A stretch of DNA of 64,000 nucleotides. Source: Candidatus Endobugula sp. Its GTDB lineage: Bacteria; Pseudomonadota; Gammaproteobacteria; Pseudomonadales; Cellvibrionaceae. Location of the stretch: positions 28,868 to 92,867 of the forward strand of contig JAHDEM010000001.1 of NCBI GenBank assembly GCA_020628895.1, written 5' to 3'. Under the pieces are notes generated by a model. That model was not told the DNA's origin, ran no database searches, and saw only the letters and a list, made by a program, of their open reading frames with translations. Position numbers and translations under genes: made by a program. Positions 45,367-55,615 of the stretch are shown one piece after another. How positions within the stretch are numbered: position 1 is the first letter of the stretch; every line of letters starts with the position of its first letter.

Positions 45367-45818
45367 TGGAAAGTGCTAATACGTCTTCTCATTCGTTACA
45401 CCTTGTTCTTCGTAAAGCCAATAACGATCATGAAGCGATTGCGAAAAAAATTAAAAACTTGTTGGCATTTATAGAACATGAGTCTTCTCAATACGATATG
45501 TTGCTTGAGTATCAGCAGGAGTATCGCGATAAGATTCATAACCAAAAAGCCATCTCCGTCACTGATATCAATCGATATCGCTCATTTTATGCGAAGTTGG
45601 AAACCGCTTTATCTCAGCAAAAGGAAAAAATTGACTTAGCTCAATCTCGTTTAAATGAGCTACGTCAAACTTTATTAATACAACAGCATAAAGTGGATAC
45701 CTTAAAAGATCTGATTCGAAAAAAGGAAAACCAGATAGCTATCAATGAGGAAAAAAAACTACAAAAAACCATAGACGAATTATCAGCTCGGCGAGCAATG
45801 ATCAACGATAATACTTGA
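45366..45818 (+). CDS. fliJ: Flagellar export protein FliJ
   Basis: 150-aa coiled coil after fliI, L.EYQQEY, Y..F..KL..A..QQ, QK..DE. Confidence 0.85.
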   Translation: MESANTSSHSLHLVLRKANNDHEAIAKKIKNLLAFIEHESSQYDMLLEYQQEYRDKIHNQKAISVTDINRYRSFYAKLETALSQQKEKIDLAQSRLNELRQTLLIQQHKVDTLKDLIRKKENQIAINEEKKLQKTIDELSARRAMINDNT

Positions 45819-45884
45819 GTAGCCTTATATTTAGGTAAGTGTATCTACGATAGTTTAACGTTATCTGGCAGTACCATTTATTAT

Positions 45885-45940
45885 TGGCATTTAACTTGCT
45901 CCCTACAGTATATCTATATTAAAACGGCAAACCATTGCCG
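45885..45940 (+). promoter_or_regulatory. Sigma54 promoter of fliK plus downstream CGGCAA palindrome
   Basis: TGGCATTTAACTTGCT (45885-45900); CGGCAAACCATTGCCG (45925-45940). Confidence 0.75.
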
Positions 45941-45962
45941 ATGATTGATTACTGGAGTTAAG

Positions 45963-47204
45963 ATGAATACCTCTTCTGCATTTCTTGTTGATGTCTCACC
46001 TAAGCCAAAAGCCAGCATTAAGACAGATGCGAGCAAGAATCATCAAGAGCCATCTGATTTTAAAGACCATATGAGCAAATTGGAAAAGACTCATCAGGTT
46101 GATAAAAATAGTCAACAAGCGCCTACAAAAGATGTGGCTGCACAAAGTAGTCAAACACTGGATCAAGGCCAAGGTTCTATTGCTAATTCAGTGACTGATG
46201 AAGTTCCTGTAATGACCAATGCGTTAGAGTCCGAAAACCCTTTATCTACAGCCGTATTGATGGCAACGGAGGGTAAGAGTATGGGTGCAGCCAGTGAAAA
46301 CGGCAGTGACTTGCCTGATGTGGGTGCTGATCTTCATGTATCGCCGATATCGGATTTGTTAACTAAGACGACGGATGAGTCATTATCTTTAATGGTTCAT
46401 CAGCTAGATACTAATAAGCCATTAACTGTTCAGCCAGCATCGCTATCAAAAGACCAAGCAATGCCTCTTAATCTATTCGCTATGAGCACACTAGGCAACC
46501 CACAAAACATGCCGATTAGCGCAGTGAATACGACTAGCTCTGCAACTCTAATGTCCCAATTGGTTAATATGCAGGCCAATTTACCACTCTCTTTATTGGT
46601 CAATCCACAAGAAAAAAGTGCGTCTAATCTACTAAATGCGACAAGTAGTGCGGTTGACACGACACTGTTTAATACTACTTTAAGCGATAATCTTGAGGGG
46701 GTGATTAATCAATCACTAGCGACTGTCGCTACGCAAAAACCAACAGTTGGTGAAGCTAATAGCATACCTCAATTAACCATGAACACCTCTTTTACTCAAG
46801 CTAAATGGGGTGAAGCGGTGACCGAAAAGGTCATGTGGATGTCTGCTAAAGGGATTAAGGAAGCGAGGATACAGCTAGATCCGCCAGAATTAGGGCAGTT
46901 AATCATTAAAGTCACTGTCAGCCAGGATCAAGCTCAGGTTAATTTTACTGCGCAACATGCAACTGTACGCGAAGCCTTAGATCAACAGTCTCTGCGCTTA
47001 AAAGAGATGTTTGAAGAAGAGGGGATGAATTTGGTTGACGTTGATGTATCGGATCAATCGCAAGGAGATGAAATGCAATCTGATGAAGATCCGAGCAATC
47101 TCATGCAAGAGAGCGACAATATTGACACAGATAGCGAACTAATAGCGGAAACCGTCATCCATTCTCAAAACAATCGTTATAGCCTTGTTGACTCCTATGT
47201 ATAA
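45963..47204 (+). CDS. fliK: Flagellar hook-length control protein FliK
   Basis: Low-complexity N-terminus, ARIQLDPPELG, VREALDQ..RLKEMF, VDSYV. Confidence 0.92.
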   Translation: MNTSSAFLVDVSPKPKASIKTDASKNHQEPSDFKDHMSKLEKTHQVDKNSQQAPTKDVAAQSSQTLDQGQGSIANSVTDEVPVMTNALESENPLSTAVLMATEGKSMGAASENGSDLPDVGADLHVSPISDLLTKTTDESLSLMVHQLDTNKPLTVQPASLSKDQAMPLNLFAMSTLGNPQNMPISAVNTTSSATLMSQLVNMQANLPLSLLVNPQEKSASNLLNATSSAVDTTLFNTTLSDNLEGVINQSLATVATQKPTVGEANSIPQLTMNTSFTQAKWGEAVTEKVMWMSAKGIKEARIQLDPPELGQLIIKVTVSQDQAQVNFTAQHATVREALDQQSLRLKEMFEEEGMNLVDVDVSDQSQGDEMQSDEDPSNLMQESDNIDTDSELIAETVIHSQNNRYSLVDSYV

Positions 47205-47404
47205 TCAAATGATGTCATCATATTTGCCCATCGAAAAATAGTGTTTATTTGAATGGCTGAATGATTATCTTCGAATACGATTATTTGTCTTTGCTACGAC
47301 CTCGCTAGCCATTCAACATTTAACCAAAATATCTAAATATTTTAGTCATATTTAATTCGCCATAACTAACTGCTTAACACTATCACAAACCTGTGTCTGC
47401 TTTA

Positions 47405-47420
47405 TGGCACACCTCTTGCT
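47405..47420 (+). promoter_or_regulatory. Sigma54 promoter of fliL-flhB
   Basis: TGGCACACCTCTTGCT, near consensus. Confidence 0.85.
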
Positions 47421-47458
47421 CATTCTATGTATAACCATTTAACTGACGGAATATTGGC

Positions 47459-47998
47459 ATGGCTGATGATACAGAAGAAAATAATGACGAAAATGCAGGC
47501 GGCGGCAAGAAAAAGCTCATTATATTTATTGTTATAGGCATTGTGCTTATTGGTTTAACCATTGGAGGTACTCTATTGGCTGTAAAAATGTTAACACCAG
47601 AGCCAGAGCCTGTTGCCGAATTGGATGAAGATGGTAATCCGATAAATGCAGAAGATAGTGATGATAGTGAAGAAAAAGGCCCAGCCATTTATTATCCACT
47701 TAAACCGCCTATTATTGTTAACTTTCAGGCTCGCGGTAGACAAAGATTTATGCAAGCAGAAGTCACATTAATGACACGTGAAGACGATGTTGTTGAAGCG
47801 ATCGAAATGCATATGCCAATGATTCGTAACACACTGGTACTGAAATTTGGTGGGCAAGACTATGAAGAAATGCAAACAGAGGAAGGTAGGGAATTACTAC
47901 GACATGAGTCTTTAAAAGATTTACAAGCCATTATGGAAAAAGAGCTGGGTAAATCGGGCATAGAAAAACTACTTTTTACTAATTTAGTAATGCAATAA
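47459..47998 (+). CDS. fliL: Flagellar basal body protein FliL
   Basis: KKKL plus TM, IVNF, HMPMIRN, LLFTNLVMQ. Confidence 0.94.
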   Translation: MADDTEENNDENAGGGKKKLIIFIVIGIVLIGLTIGGTLLAVKMLTPEPEPVAELDEDGNPINAEDSDDSEEKGPAIYYPLKPPIIVNFQARGRQRFMQAEVTLMTREDDVVEAIEMHMPMIRNTLVLKFGGQDYEEMQTEEGRELLRHESLKDLQAIMEKELGKSGIEKLLFTNLVMQ

Positions 47999-48031
47999 AA
48001 CATTTATTCGTAATATTTTAAGGTAAATACT

Positions 48032-49054
48032 GTGCAGGACTTATTATCACAAGACGAAATCGATGCTCTATTACACGGAGTTGATGATGGTGATATCGAT
48101 ACAGAGGGTGACAAGAATGACGGAGGAGTCAATTCTTATGACTTAACCACGCAAGATCGTATTGTTCGTGGGCGTATGCCTACCTTAGAAATGATCAATG
48201 AACGATTTGCGCGATATACTCGAATCAGTATGTTCAATTTACTCAGACGCACAGCAGATGTTTCTGTAGGTGGTATTAATATTCAAAAATTCGGTGAGTA
48301 TGTACATACCTTATATGTGCCTACGAGTTTAAATATGGTTAAGTTTAGGCCTTTGCGAGGAACAGCGCTCGTTGTATTTGATGCAAAATTAGTCTTTAAG
48401 TTAGTGGATAATTTTTTTGGTGGTGATGGTCGTCATGCCAAAATTGAAGGGCGTGAATTTACCCCCACAGAGTTGCGCGTTGTTAGAATGGTTTTAGAAC
48501 AGGCTTTTATTGATATGAAAGAAGCTTGGCGTGCAGTACTACCTATTGATTTTGAACACGTAAATTCCGAAGTAAACCCTTCTATGGCAAATATCGTAAG
48601 CCCTAGTGAAGTGGTAGTCGTTAGCAGTTTTCACGTTGAACTTGATGGTGGTGGTGGTGAAATGCATATAACCATCCCTTATTCGATGATAGAACCCATT
48701 CGTGAAATGTTAGATGCTGGCCTACAAAGTGATAGTGATGAAAGAGATGATCGTTGGGTGAACTCTCTACGCGAAGATATTATGGAAGCCAGTGTTAATT
48801 TACATACCAACCTGATTCGTTCAAAAATTTTACTAAGAGATATTGTTGATCTTAAAGTAGGGGATGTTATTCCTATTGAACTACCCGATGAACATGTGAC
48901 TACCGCTAATGGTGTACCTACATTTAAAGTCAATATCGGTCAATCAAATGATAAGTTAGCTTTACGTGTTAATGAAGTGATGAAACGGCCAAAAGCAAAT
49001 ACGATGTCACCGCTATTAAGCCTATTAGAGTCAAAGGAGACCGCTGATGAGTGA
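48032..49054 (+). CDS. fliM: Motor switch protein FliM
   Basis: LLSQDEIDALL, FFGGDG, REFTPTE. Confidence 0.98.
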   Translation: MQDLLSQDEIDALLHGVDDGDIDTEGDKNDGGVNSYDLTTQDRIVRGRMPTLEMINERFARYTRISMFNLLRRTADVSVGGINIQKFGEYVHTLYVPTSLNMVKFRPLRGTALVVFDAKLVFKLVDNFFGGDGRHAKIEGREFTPTELRVVRMVLEQAFIDMKEAWRAVLPIDFEHVNSEVNPSMANIVSPSEVVVVSSFHVELDGGGGEMHITIPYSMIEPIREMLDAGLQSDSDERDDRWVNSLREDIMEASVNLHTNLIRSKILLRDIVDLKVGDVIPIELPDEHVTTANGVPTFKVNIGQSNDKLALRVNEVMKRPKANTMSPLLSLLESKETADE

Positions 49055-49469
49055 AGATGAAAACGTAAGTGAAGAAGAGCAAAGTGCGGCTGACGATTGG
49101 GCTGCGGCAATGGAAGAGCAAGAGGAGGCTGAAGCTGAACAAACCGATGACGTTGAGTCTATGGGATTTGAAGAGTTTGATAATAATCCGACCGCTGGAA
49201 AAAATGTTAACCCAGAGTTAGATATTATTCTAGATATTCCTGTCACTATTTCTATGGAAGTGGGTAGTACAGCAATTACTATTCGTAACTTGTTACAACT
49301 TAACCAAGGTTCGGTTATTGAACTAGATCGATTGGCCGGTGAGCCACTAAATGTGCTTGTAAACGGTACGCTTATCGCCCATGGTGAGGTAGTGGTTGTT
49401 AACGAAAAATTTGGTATTCGTATGACCGATGTTATTAGCCCAGCTGAGAGAATTCAAAAACTAGGTTGA
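49047..49469 (+). CDS. fliN: Motor switch protein FliN
   Basis: ILDIPV, GEPL, GEVVVVNEKFGIR. Confidence 0.98.
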   Translation: MSEDENVSEEEQSAADDWAAAMEEQEEAEAEQTDDVESMGFEEFDNNPTAGKNVNPELDIILDIPVTISMEVGSTAITIRNLLQLNQGSVIELDRLAGEPLNVLVNGTLIAHGEVVVVNEKFGIRMTDVISPAERIQKLG

Positions 49470-49504
49470 AATATTTAAGCTCACAATAAGAAATAGGTAT
49501 ACGA

Positions 49505-50020
49505 ATGTCTCGGCACTTAAGTATCAATAAAATAAGAGATCTACTTTTACTGCTTATATTAATGGCTTTTTCGTCATATTCTCTTTCTGATATAGCACAA
49601 GATACATCTCCTATTGAAAAGCCAGTGGCTAACTTTAATACATTGCCCGACCATAGTGCTAACCTAACAGAGGTTTTCTTCTCTCTAATATTTATTGTGA
49701 TATTGATATTTTTCCTTGCGTGGGTGATAAAGCGTATAGGTTACCATCCTATTAATAACAACCAGTTAATGAAAGTAGTAGCTACTTTGCCAGTAACTGC
49801 TAAGGAAAAAATAGTATTGGTTCAAGTGGGTGAAGAGCAAATAGTTATAGGGGTTGCTCCGGGTTTTGTAGGTAATATAAAAACCTTAGACAAGCCTATC
49901 ACTTTACCTACCGAGAAGCTAAATCAAGGAGAAATGGATAATCAGGCTCATAAAATTACATCTTCTTTCTCTAATATCATTACGCCTTTTCTGAAAGGTA
50001 GCCATAATGATAAGAAATAA
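49505..50020 (+). CDS. fliO: Flagellar biosynthesis protein FliO
   Basis: [27 protein letters not shown]; between fliN and fliP. Confidence 0.88.
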   Translation: MSRHLSINKIRDLLLLLILMAFSSYSLSDIAQDTSPIEKPVANFNTLPDHSANLTEVFFSLIFIVILIFFLAWVIKRIGYHPINNNQLMKVVATLPVTAKEKIVLVQVGEEQIVIGVAPGFVGNIKTLDKPITLPTEKLNQGEMDNQAHKITSSFSNIITPFLKGSHNDKK

Positions 50021-50813
50021 AGCCAGCTATATTATTATTTTATCTATTCTGCTTATTGCAGGTGTTTTATTCTCAACGCAATCGTATGCGCAAGAATCCT
50101 CAACAACATCCATTGCTTCATCCTTAGGTGAATTGCCAGGTTTATCAGCCTTAACCGTTACGACAAATAATGACGGCAGTGAGGACTATTCAGTCAGTAT
50201 CCAAATATTAGCGCTGATGACAGCGTTAACTTTTATTCCCGCTTTACTACTGATGATGACTTCTTTTGCCCGCATTATTATAGTATTTTCTATTTTGAGG
50301 CAGGCTTTAGGTTTACAGCAATCACCGTCTAATCAAATCTTAGTGGGTATGGCTTTATTTTTGACCTTATTTATTATGGGACCTGTTTTAGAACAAGTAA
50401 ATCAAACCGCTTTGCAACCGTATATCGAAGAAAGTATTTCTTCAGATCAAGCTTTAGAAAATGCAATTAAGCCTTTTCATGCTTTTATGTTGTCCCAAAC
50501 AAGAGAAAGTGATTTAAAGTTGTTTATGGATATTGCTAACCAAGATGCGGTTGATTCTCCTGACCAAGTGCCTTTAACAGTACTTATTCCCTCCTATATG
50601 ACAAGCGAGCTTAAAACGGCTTTTCAGATAGGCTTTATTCTTTTTATCCCATTCTTAGTTATAGACTTGGTTGTTGCCAGTGTTCTTATGGCAATGGGTA
50701 TGATGATGTTATCTCCGTTAATCATTTCTTTACCCTTTAAAATTATGCTTTTTGTCTTGGTGGACGGATGGGCAATGTTAATGGGTACTCTAACAGCAAG
50801 CTTTGGTTTGTAG
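50007..50813 (+). CDS. fliP: Flagellar export protein FliP
   Basis: [34 protein letters not shown]. Confidence 0.98.
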   Translation: MIRNKASYIIILSILLIAGVLFSTQSYAQESSTTSIASSLGELPGLSALTVTTNNDGSEDYSVSIQILALMTALTFIPALLLMMTSFARIIIVFSILRQALGLQQSPSNQILVGMALFLTLFIMGPVLEQVNQTALQPYIEESISSDQALENAIKPFHAFMLSQTRESDLKLFMDIANQDAVDSPDQVPLTVLIPSYMTSELKTAFQIGFILFIPFLVIDLVVASVLMAMGMMMLSPLIISLPFKIMLFVLVDGWAMLMGTLTASFGL

Positions 50814-50850
50814 ATATGATTATTCGTTAGACAATATAGCGAGAATAATA

Positions 50851-51120
50851 ATGACACCTGAAGTAGTAATGCAATTATTTGGAAATGCTTTATACCTGAC
50901 CGTTCTTATGGTGCTATTAATTGTAGGGCCTGGACTTATTGTTGGTTTGCTAGTAAGTATGTTTCAAGCAGCGACTCAAATTAATGAACAAACACTCAGT
51001 TTTTTACCTCGTCTAATTGTTACTTTGGGTGCAGTTATGTTTTTAGGAAATTGGTTGCTGACGGAATTTATAGACCTATTTAACGAATTGTTCTTGAATA
51101 TTCCATTACTAATTGGTTAG
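50851..51120 (+). CDS. fliQ: Flagellar export protein FliQ
   Basis: FQAATQINEQTLSFLPR; ATG at 50851. Confidence 0.97.
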   Translation: MTPEVVMQLFGNALYLTVLMVLLIVGPGLIVGLLVSMFQAATQINEQTLSFLPRLIVTLGAVMFLGNWLLTEFIDLFNELFLNIPLLIG

Positions 51121-51139
51121 CTGAATGGGTTTTTAGTCA

Positions 51140-51913
51140 ATGGTTTTTTCTGAAGAAGAAATTGTTTTACTAATAAGTCAATATCTATTGCCTTTAACTC
51201 GTATTACGGCATTTTTTATTGCAGCGCCTATTTTTGGAACGCGTGTTTTCTCTGCCAGAATACGTCTGGTTCTGTCAATAGCAGTGACTATTATTGTCGT
51301 TCCTTATATTCCAGACGTTCCTTCTGTATCGGCTTTAAGCCTTTCAATGTTAGTCATTATTGCACAACAAATACTGATAGGTGTCGCATTAGGTTTTATA
51401 TTTCAAGTGGTTTTCCAGCTTTTTGTCTTGGCGGGTCAATATATTGCTATGAAGTTAGGTTTGGGGTTTGCTTCAATGAATGACCCTTCAAATGGGGTGA
51501 GTGTCACAATCGTTTCACAATTTTACTTACTCACAACAACATTGCTATTTATTAGTTTTAACGGCCACCTTGTATTAATTAATGTACTGGTTGACAGCTT
51601 TTCTATTATTCCTATCGGTAATACTGGTATTTCTTCGAATGGTATTTATCAGTTGATAGAAATGGGAGGCTGGATGTTTTCGGGGGCTTTAACGATTTCT
51701 TTACCCGTGCTCACCGCTTTATTGGTTGTGAATGTTGCCTTTGGTGTAATGAGCCGATCTGCTCCCCAAATGAATATATTTGCTGTAGGTTTTCCCATAA
51801 CCTTAATACTCGGACTTATGATCATGTGGGTTGGCTTTTCAGCATTTCTTACCTCGTTTCAAATATTTGTTGATGAAGGCATGATATTCGCTATGGATAT
51901 CCTACGTAGTTAA
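51140..51913 (+). CDS. fliR: Flagellar export protein FliR
   Basis: APIFG, AG..I...LGLGFA..DP, NGHL, APQMNIFAVGFP. Confidence 0.97.
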   Translation: MVFSEEEIVLLISQYLLPLTRITAFFIAAPIFGTRVFSARIRLVLSIAVTIIVVPYIPDVPSVSALSLSMLVIIAQQILIGVALGFIFQVVFQLFVLAGQYIAMKLGLGFASMNDPSNGVSVTIVSQFYLLTTTLLFISFNGHLVLINVLVDSFSIIPIGNTGISSNGIYQLIEMGGWMFSGALTISLPVLTALLVVNVAFGVMSRSAPQMNIFAVGFPITLILGLMIMWVGFSAFLTSFQIFVDEGMIFAMDILRS

Positions 51914-51951
51914 GAAGGTTGTATTTAAGAAGGTTATAGTTAAGAAGATTT
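51907..51951 (+). repeat. Imperfect 15-bp tandem repeat x3 overlapping the fliR stop
   Basis: TAGTTAAGAAGGTTG / TATTTAAGAAGGTTA / TAGTTAAGAAGATTT. Confidence 0.85.
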
Positions 51952-52018
51952 TGGTAAGTGTATTTTTTAGCATTTTATAAAAAATAGTTTTAATGAGTTT
52001 TAAGAGTAACAAATAGTT

Positions 52019-53149
52019 ATGTCAGAAAACGATCAAAGTCAGGAGAAAACCGAAGAGGCCACGCCCAAACGGCTGGAAAAGGCAAGGGAAGATGGGCAAG
52101 CGCCTCGATCAAAAGAACTAACAACCACGGCTGTATTATTGGCAGGGTCGTTGAGCCTTTTATGGTTTGGTGGTTTTTTATCAAATAATATGGCCGAGGT
52201 GGCTAGGTTTAATTTTGATATTTCTAGAGACTCTATCTTTGATACCTCTTTTATGCTTGGCCAATTAGGCAGCTCTTTCATGTATGCGTTTATTGGGCTA
52301 ATTCCTATTTTTTGTATATTGCTTATCGCCGCTATTGTAGGACCTATTGCTTTAGGTGGCTGGCTATTTAGTATTAAATCACTTATGCCAAAAATCAATA
52401 GGATGAATCCTCTAGAAGGGCTTAAGCGGATGTTTTCTGTGAAAGCATTAGTTGAATTGGCTAAAGCTTTAGGAAAAGTTGTATTAATTATGGTACTTGC
52501 GGTGATTTTGTTAAAAAGCCTAGAAGGGGAATTAATGGCGTTGGCCTATGAAGATATTTCTATTTCTATCATTCATTCCCTCGAAATGAGTGCATGGATT
52601 GCTATTGCTTTATCGATGGTCACTATTTTTATTGCCATGGTAGATGTGCCATTTCAAATTTGGGAAAATGCTAAAAAACTAAAAATGACATTGCAGGATG
52701 TCAAGGATGAAATGAAGGATACCGACGGAAAACCAGAAGTGAAGGGCCGTATTCGTCAACTACAACAAGAAATTGCCAATCGTAAAATGATGGCCGCTGT
52801 CCCTGAGGCAGATGTTGTTATTACTAACCCAACACATTATTCTGTGGCAATAAAATATGATCCTGACTCGATGGAAACCCCCATTTTGCTTGCCAAAGGG
52901 GTTGAAGCATCAGCTTTAAAAATTCGTGAAATTGCAAACATGCATAAAATCGATATTATTGAATCACCTGCTTTAGCCCGTTCTATTTACCACACAACCA
53001 AGCTAGATGAAGATATTCCAAAAGGGCTTTATATCGCTGTGGCAAAAGTACTGGCTTACGTTTTCCAATTACGCCATTTTAGACAAGGCCTGGCAAAACG
53101 GCCCACATTCCCTTACGCAATAGATATCCCTAAAGATTTACAATTCTAG
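52019..53149 (+). CDS. flhB: Flagellar export protein FlhB
   Basis: KTEEATPKR, DGKPEVK, NPTH autocleavage motif. Confidence 0.98.
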   Translation: MSENDQSQEKTEEATPKRLEKAREDGQAPRSKELTTTAVLLAGSLSLLWFGGFLSNNMAEVARFNFDISRDSIFDTSFMLGQLGSSFMYAFIGLIPIFCILLIAAIVGPIALGGWLFSIKSLMPKINRMNPLEGLKRMFSVKALVELAKALGKVVLIMVLAVILLKSLEGELMALAYEDISISIIHSLEMSAWIAIALSMVTIFIAMVDVPFQIWENAKKLKMTLQDVKDEMKDTDGKPEVKGRIRQLQQEIANRKMMAAVPEADVVITNPTHYSVAIKYDPDSMETPILLAKGVEASALKIREIANMHKIDIIESPALARSIYHTTKLDEDIPKGLYIAVAKVLAYVFQLRHFRQGLAKRPTFPYAIDIPKDLQF

Positions 53150-53198
53150 CTAACAGCTAACAGCTAACAGCTAACAGCTAACAGCTAACAGCTAACAG
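53148..53198 (+). repeat. Heptamer tandem repeat (AGCTAAC)x7
   Basis: Seven perfect copies starting within the flhB stop codon. Confidence 0.97.
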
Positions 53199-53208
53199 AA
53201 TCTCTAAT

Positions 53209-53264
53209 CGGCACACTTCTTGCGATAACCATCTTATCGATGTGAATACCGTCAATAAAGCGAC
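53209..53264 (+). promoter_or_regulatory. Sigma54 promoter of flhA with downstream FleQ-like box
   Basis: CGGCACACTTCTTGCG (53209-53224); GTCAATAAAGCGAC (53251-53264) matches GTCaNTAAAtTGAC. Confidence 0.8.
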
Positions 53265-53269
53265 AATAA

Positions 53270-55477
53270 ATGCAAATACCTACGTTTAATCAAATCAATT
53301 TTCCAACTCGGCAACAAGCAATTGATAATGTGCGCAGTGCAGGCAGTGGCAATTTAGGTATTCCTATTGTGTTACTGATGCTTTTGGGCATGATGATGTT
53401 GCCATTGCCAGCTTTTTTATTGGATGTATTTTTTTCATTTAATATTGCCTTATCTATTGTTGTCTTGCTAGTCGGTGTTTATGCATTAAGGCCTTTAGAT
53501 TTTGCTGTTTTTCCGACTATTCTTTTACTCGCCACCTTATTGCGTTTGGCATTAAATGTAGCCTCCACTAGGGTTGTACTACTAGAGGGACATAATGGCG
53601 GTGACGCAGCCGGAAAAGTGATCCAATCGTTTGGTGAGGTCGTCATCGGTGGCAACTATGCAGTTGGTTTGGTTATCTTTCTTATTCTTATCATCATTAA
53701 TTTTGTTGTGGTGACTAAGGGTGCTGGGCGTATTTCAGAGGTAAGTGCAAGGTTTACACTAGATGCTATGCCCGGAAAACAAATGGCTATTGATGCCGAT
53801 TTAAATGCAGGCATTATTGATCAAGATGAAGCTAAGCAACGCCGTAAAGATGTGTCTAGCGAAGCCGATTTTTACGGGGCTATGGATGGTGCCAGTAAGT
53901 TTGTTCGCGGTGATGCTATAGCGGGTATTTTGATTCTCGTCATCAATGTTATTGGCGGTTTAACTATTGGTATGATGCAGCATCAATTAGAGTTTAGCGA
54001 CGCTGTAGAAAAATATATCTTATTAACTATTGGCGATGGGTTGGTGGCACAAATTCCTTCGTTATTATTATCTGTTTCTGCTGCCATTATGGTGACTCGA
54101 GTCAATAGTGCCGAAGATATGCGTCAGCAGGTGATGCGTCAGATGTTTGATACCCCAAAAGCACTAGGTATTTCCTCTGGTGTGTTATTTTTAATGGGTA
54201 TTATTCCTGGTATGCCTCATGTTGCATTTTTAAGTTTATCTGCCGGTTGTGCAGGTTTGGCTTACTTGGTGCATTTACGTAATGCTAAAGGCACTATAGA
54301 GGAGGTTACTAATCACCTATCTGATAATGTTAACCACTTACGATCCGGCGAAGTACCGCTCCAAAACTCTCTACCACAACCAGCTACAGATCAACTACCG
54401 CCTATAGAGGGTCGAACAGATTCTCCTGAAATTAGCTGGGATGATGTAATGCCAATCGATATTATCGGTTTAGAAGTGGGTTATCGATTAATTCCTCTAG
54501 TCGATAAAGCACAAAATGGAGAGCTATTAGGCAGAATTAAAGGGGTCAGAAAAAAACTGTCTCAAGATGTGGGCTTTTTAATTCCTTCTGTGCATATTCG
54601 CGATAATCTTGATTTACTACCTAGCCAATACCGTATAACGCTAATGGGTGTTACTTTAGGAGAATCGGAAGTTTATCTTGATAAAGACTTAGCCATCAAT
54701 CCGGGTCAAGTTTTTGGCGATATAGAGGGTGAAAAAACCAAAGATCCTGCTTTTGGATTAGATGCTATTTGGGTTGATTCTAGCCATAAAGATAAAGCGC
54801 AAACCTTAGGTTATACCGTTGTTGATGTCAGTACTGTTATCGCAACACATTTGAACCAAATTATGCAACAGCATAGTGATGAAATACTAGGGCACGAAGA
54901 CGTTCAACAACTTCTCGACAATCTTGCTAAAAATTCTCCAAAGCTTGTCGAAGAGTTAACACCGAACACCGTTTCTATTAATGTTTTACGCAAAGTTCTG
55001 CAAAATTTACTGCGCGAGAAGGTCTCTATTCGTGACTTTAGAAGCATTGCCGAGGCTATTACAGGGGTTGGTGCGGGTCAAAATGCTGACGTATTAACAG
55101 CTGCTTGCCGTCAATCCTTATCACGTCAAATTGTACAAAGTATCGTGGGAAGTGCAGCAGACCTACCGGTAATGACATTAGATCCTCAGTTGGAACAGTT
55201 GTTGCTAAATTCAGTTGCACAAGCACAAAATTCTGGCGTTGATGAAAGTTCATTTATCGAGCCGACGATGGCTGAGAAATTGCAAACATCGTTAATTGAA
55301 TCGTCCAGCAAATTGGAAATGGAAGGTAAGTCCTTAGTGTTGTTAGTGGCTGCACCTCTACGTTTGGTATTGGCTAAATTTACGCATTTATTTATACCAG
55401 ACTTACATGTGATGTCTTTTAACGAAGTCCCTAGTAATAAGCAGTTGGTTATTGAAGCTTCGATAGGCACACAATAG
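53270..55477 (+). CDS. flhA: Flagellar export protein FlhA
   Basis: RLALNVASTR, ARFTLDAMPGKQMAIDADL, FYGAMDGASKF, GYRLI. Confidence 0.99.
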   Translation: MQIPTFNQINFPTRQQAIDNVRSAGSGNLGIPIVLLMLLGMMMLPLPAFLLDVFFSFNIALSIVVLLVGVYALRPLDFAVFPTILLLATLLRLALNVASTRVVLLEGHNGGDAAGKVIQSFGEVVIGGNYAVGLVIFLILIIINFVVVTKGAGRISEVSARFTLDAMPGKQMAIDADLNAGIIDQDEAKQRRKDVSSEADFYGAMDGASKFVRGDAIAGILILVINVIGGLTIGMMQHQLEFSDAVEKYILLTIGDGLVAQIPSLLLSVSAAIMVTRVNSAEDMRQQVMRQMFDTPKALGISSGVLFLMGIIPGMPHVAFLSLSAGCAGLAYLVHLRNAKGTIEEVTNHLSDNVNHLRSGEVPLQNSLPQPATDQLPPIEGRTDSPEISWDDVMPIDIIGLEVGYRLIPLVDKAQNGELLGRIKGVRKKLSQDVGFLIPSVHIRDNLDLLPSQYRITLMGVTLGESEVYLDKDLAINPGQVFGDIEGEKTKDPAFGLDAIWVDSSHKDKAQTLGYTVVDVSTVIATHLNQIMQQHSDEILGHEDVQQLLDNLAKNSPKLVEELTPNTVSINVLRKVLQNLLREKVSIRDFRSIAEAITGVGAGQNADVLTAACRQSLSRQIVQSIVGSAADLPVMTLDPQLEQLLLNSVAQAQNSGVDESSFIEPTMAEKLQTSLIESSSKLEMEGKSLVLLVAAPLRLVLAKFTHLFIPDLHVMSFNEVPSNKQLVIEASIGTQ

Positions 55478-55615
55478 AAATTACTCTAAACCAAGTGAAC
55501 AAACTAACATTCAAATGGTGTAATTAGGTTGATAAAAAACGATCAACCAGAAAGGCAAATTAAGTGATCAAAGATAAAACAGTGAGTAATGACCCACTTA
55601 AAGAGGAATACCAAT

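Noticed and set aside
47249-47316. 10-bp inverted repeat TTGAATGGCT/AGCCATTCAA between fliK and fliL as a MITE
   Set aside because: Single copy, short arms, no target-site duplication seen
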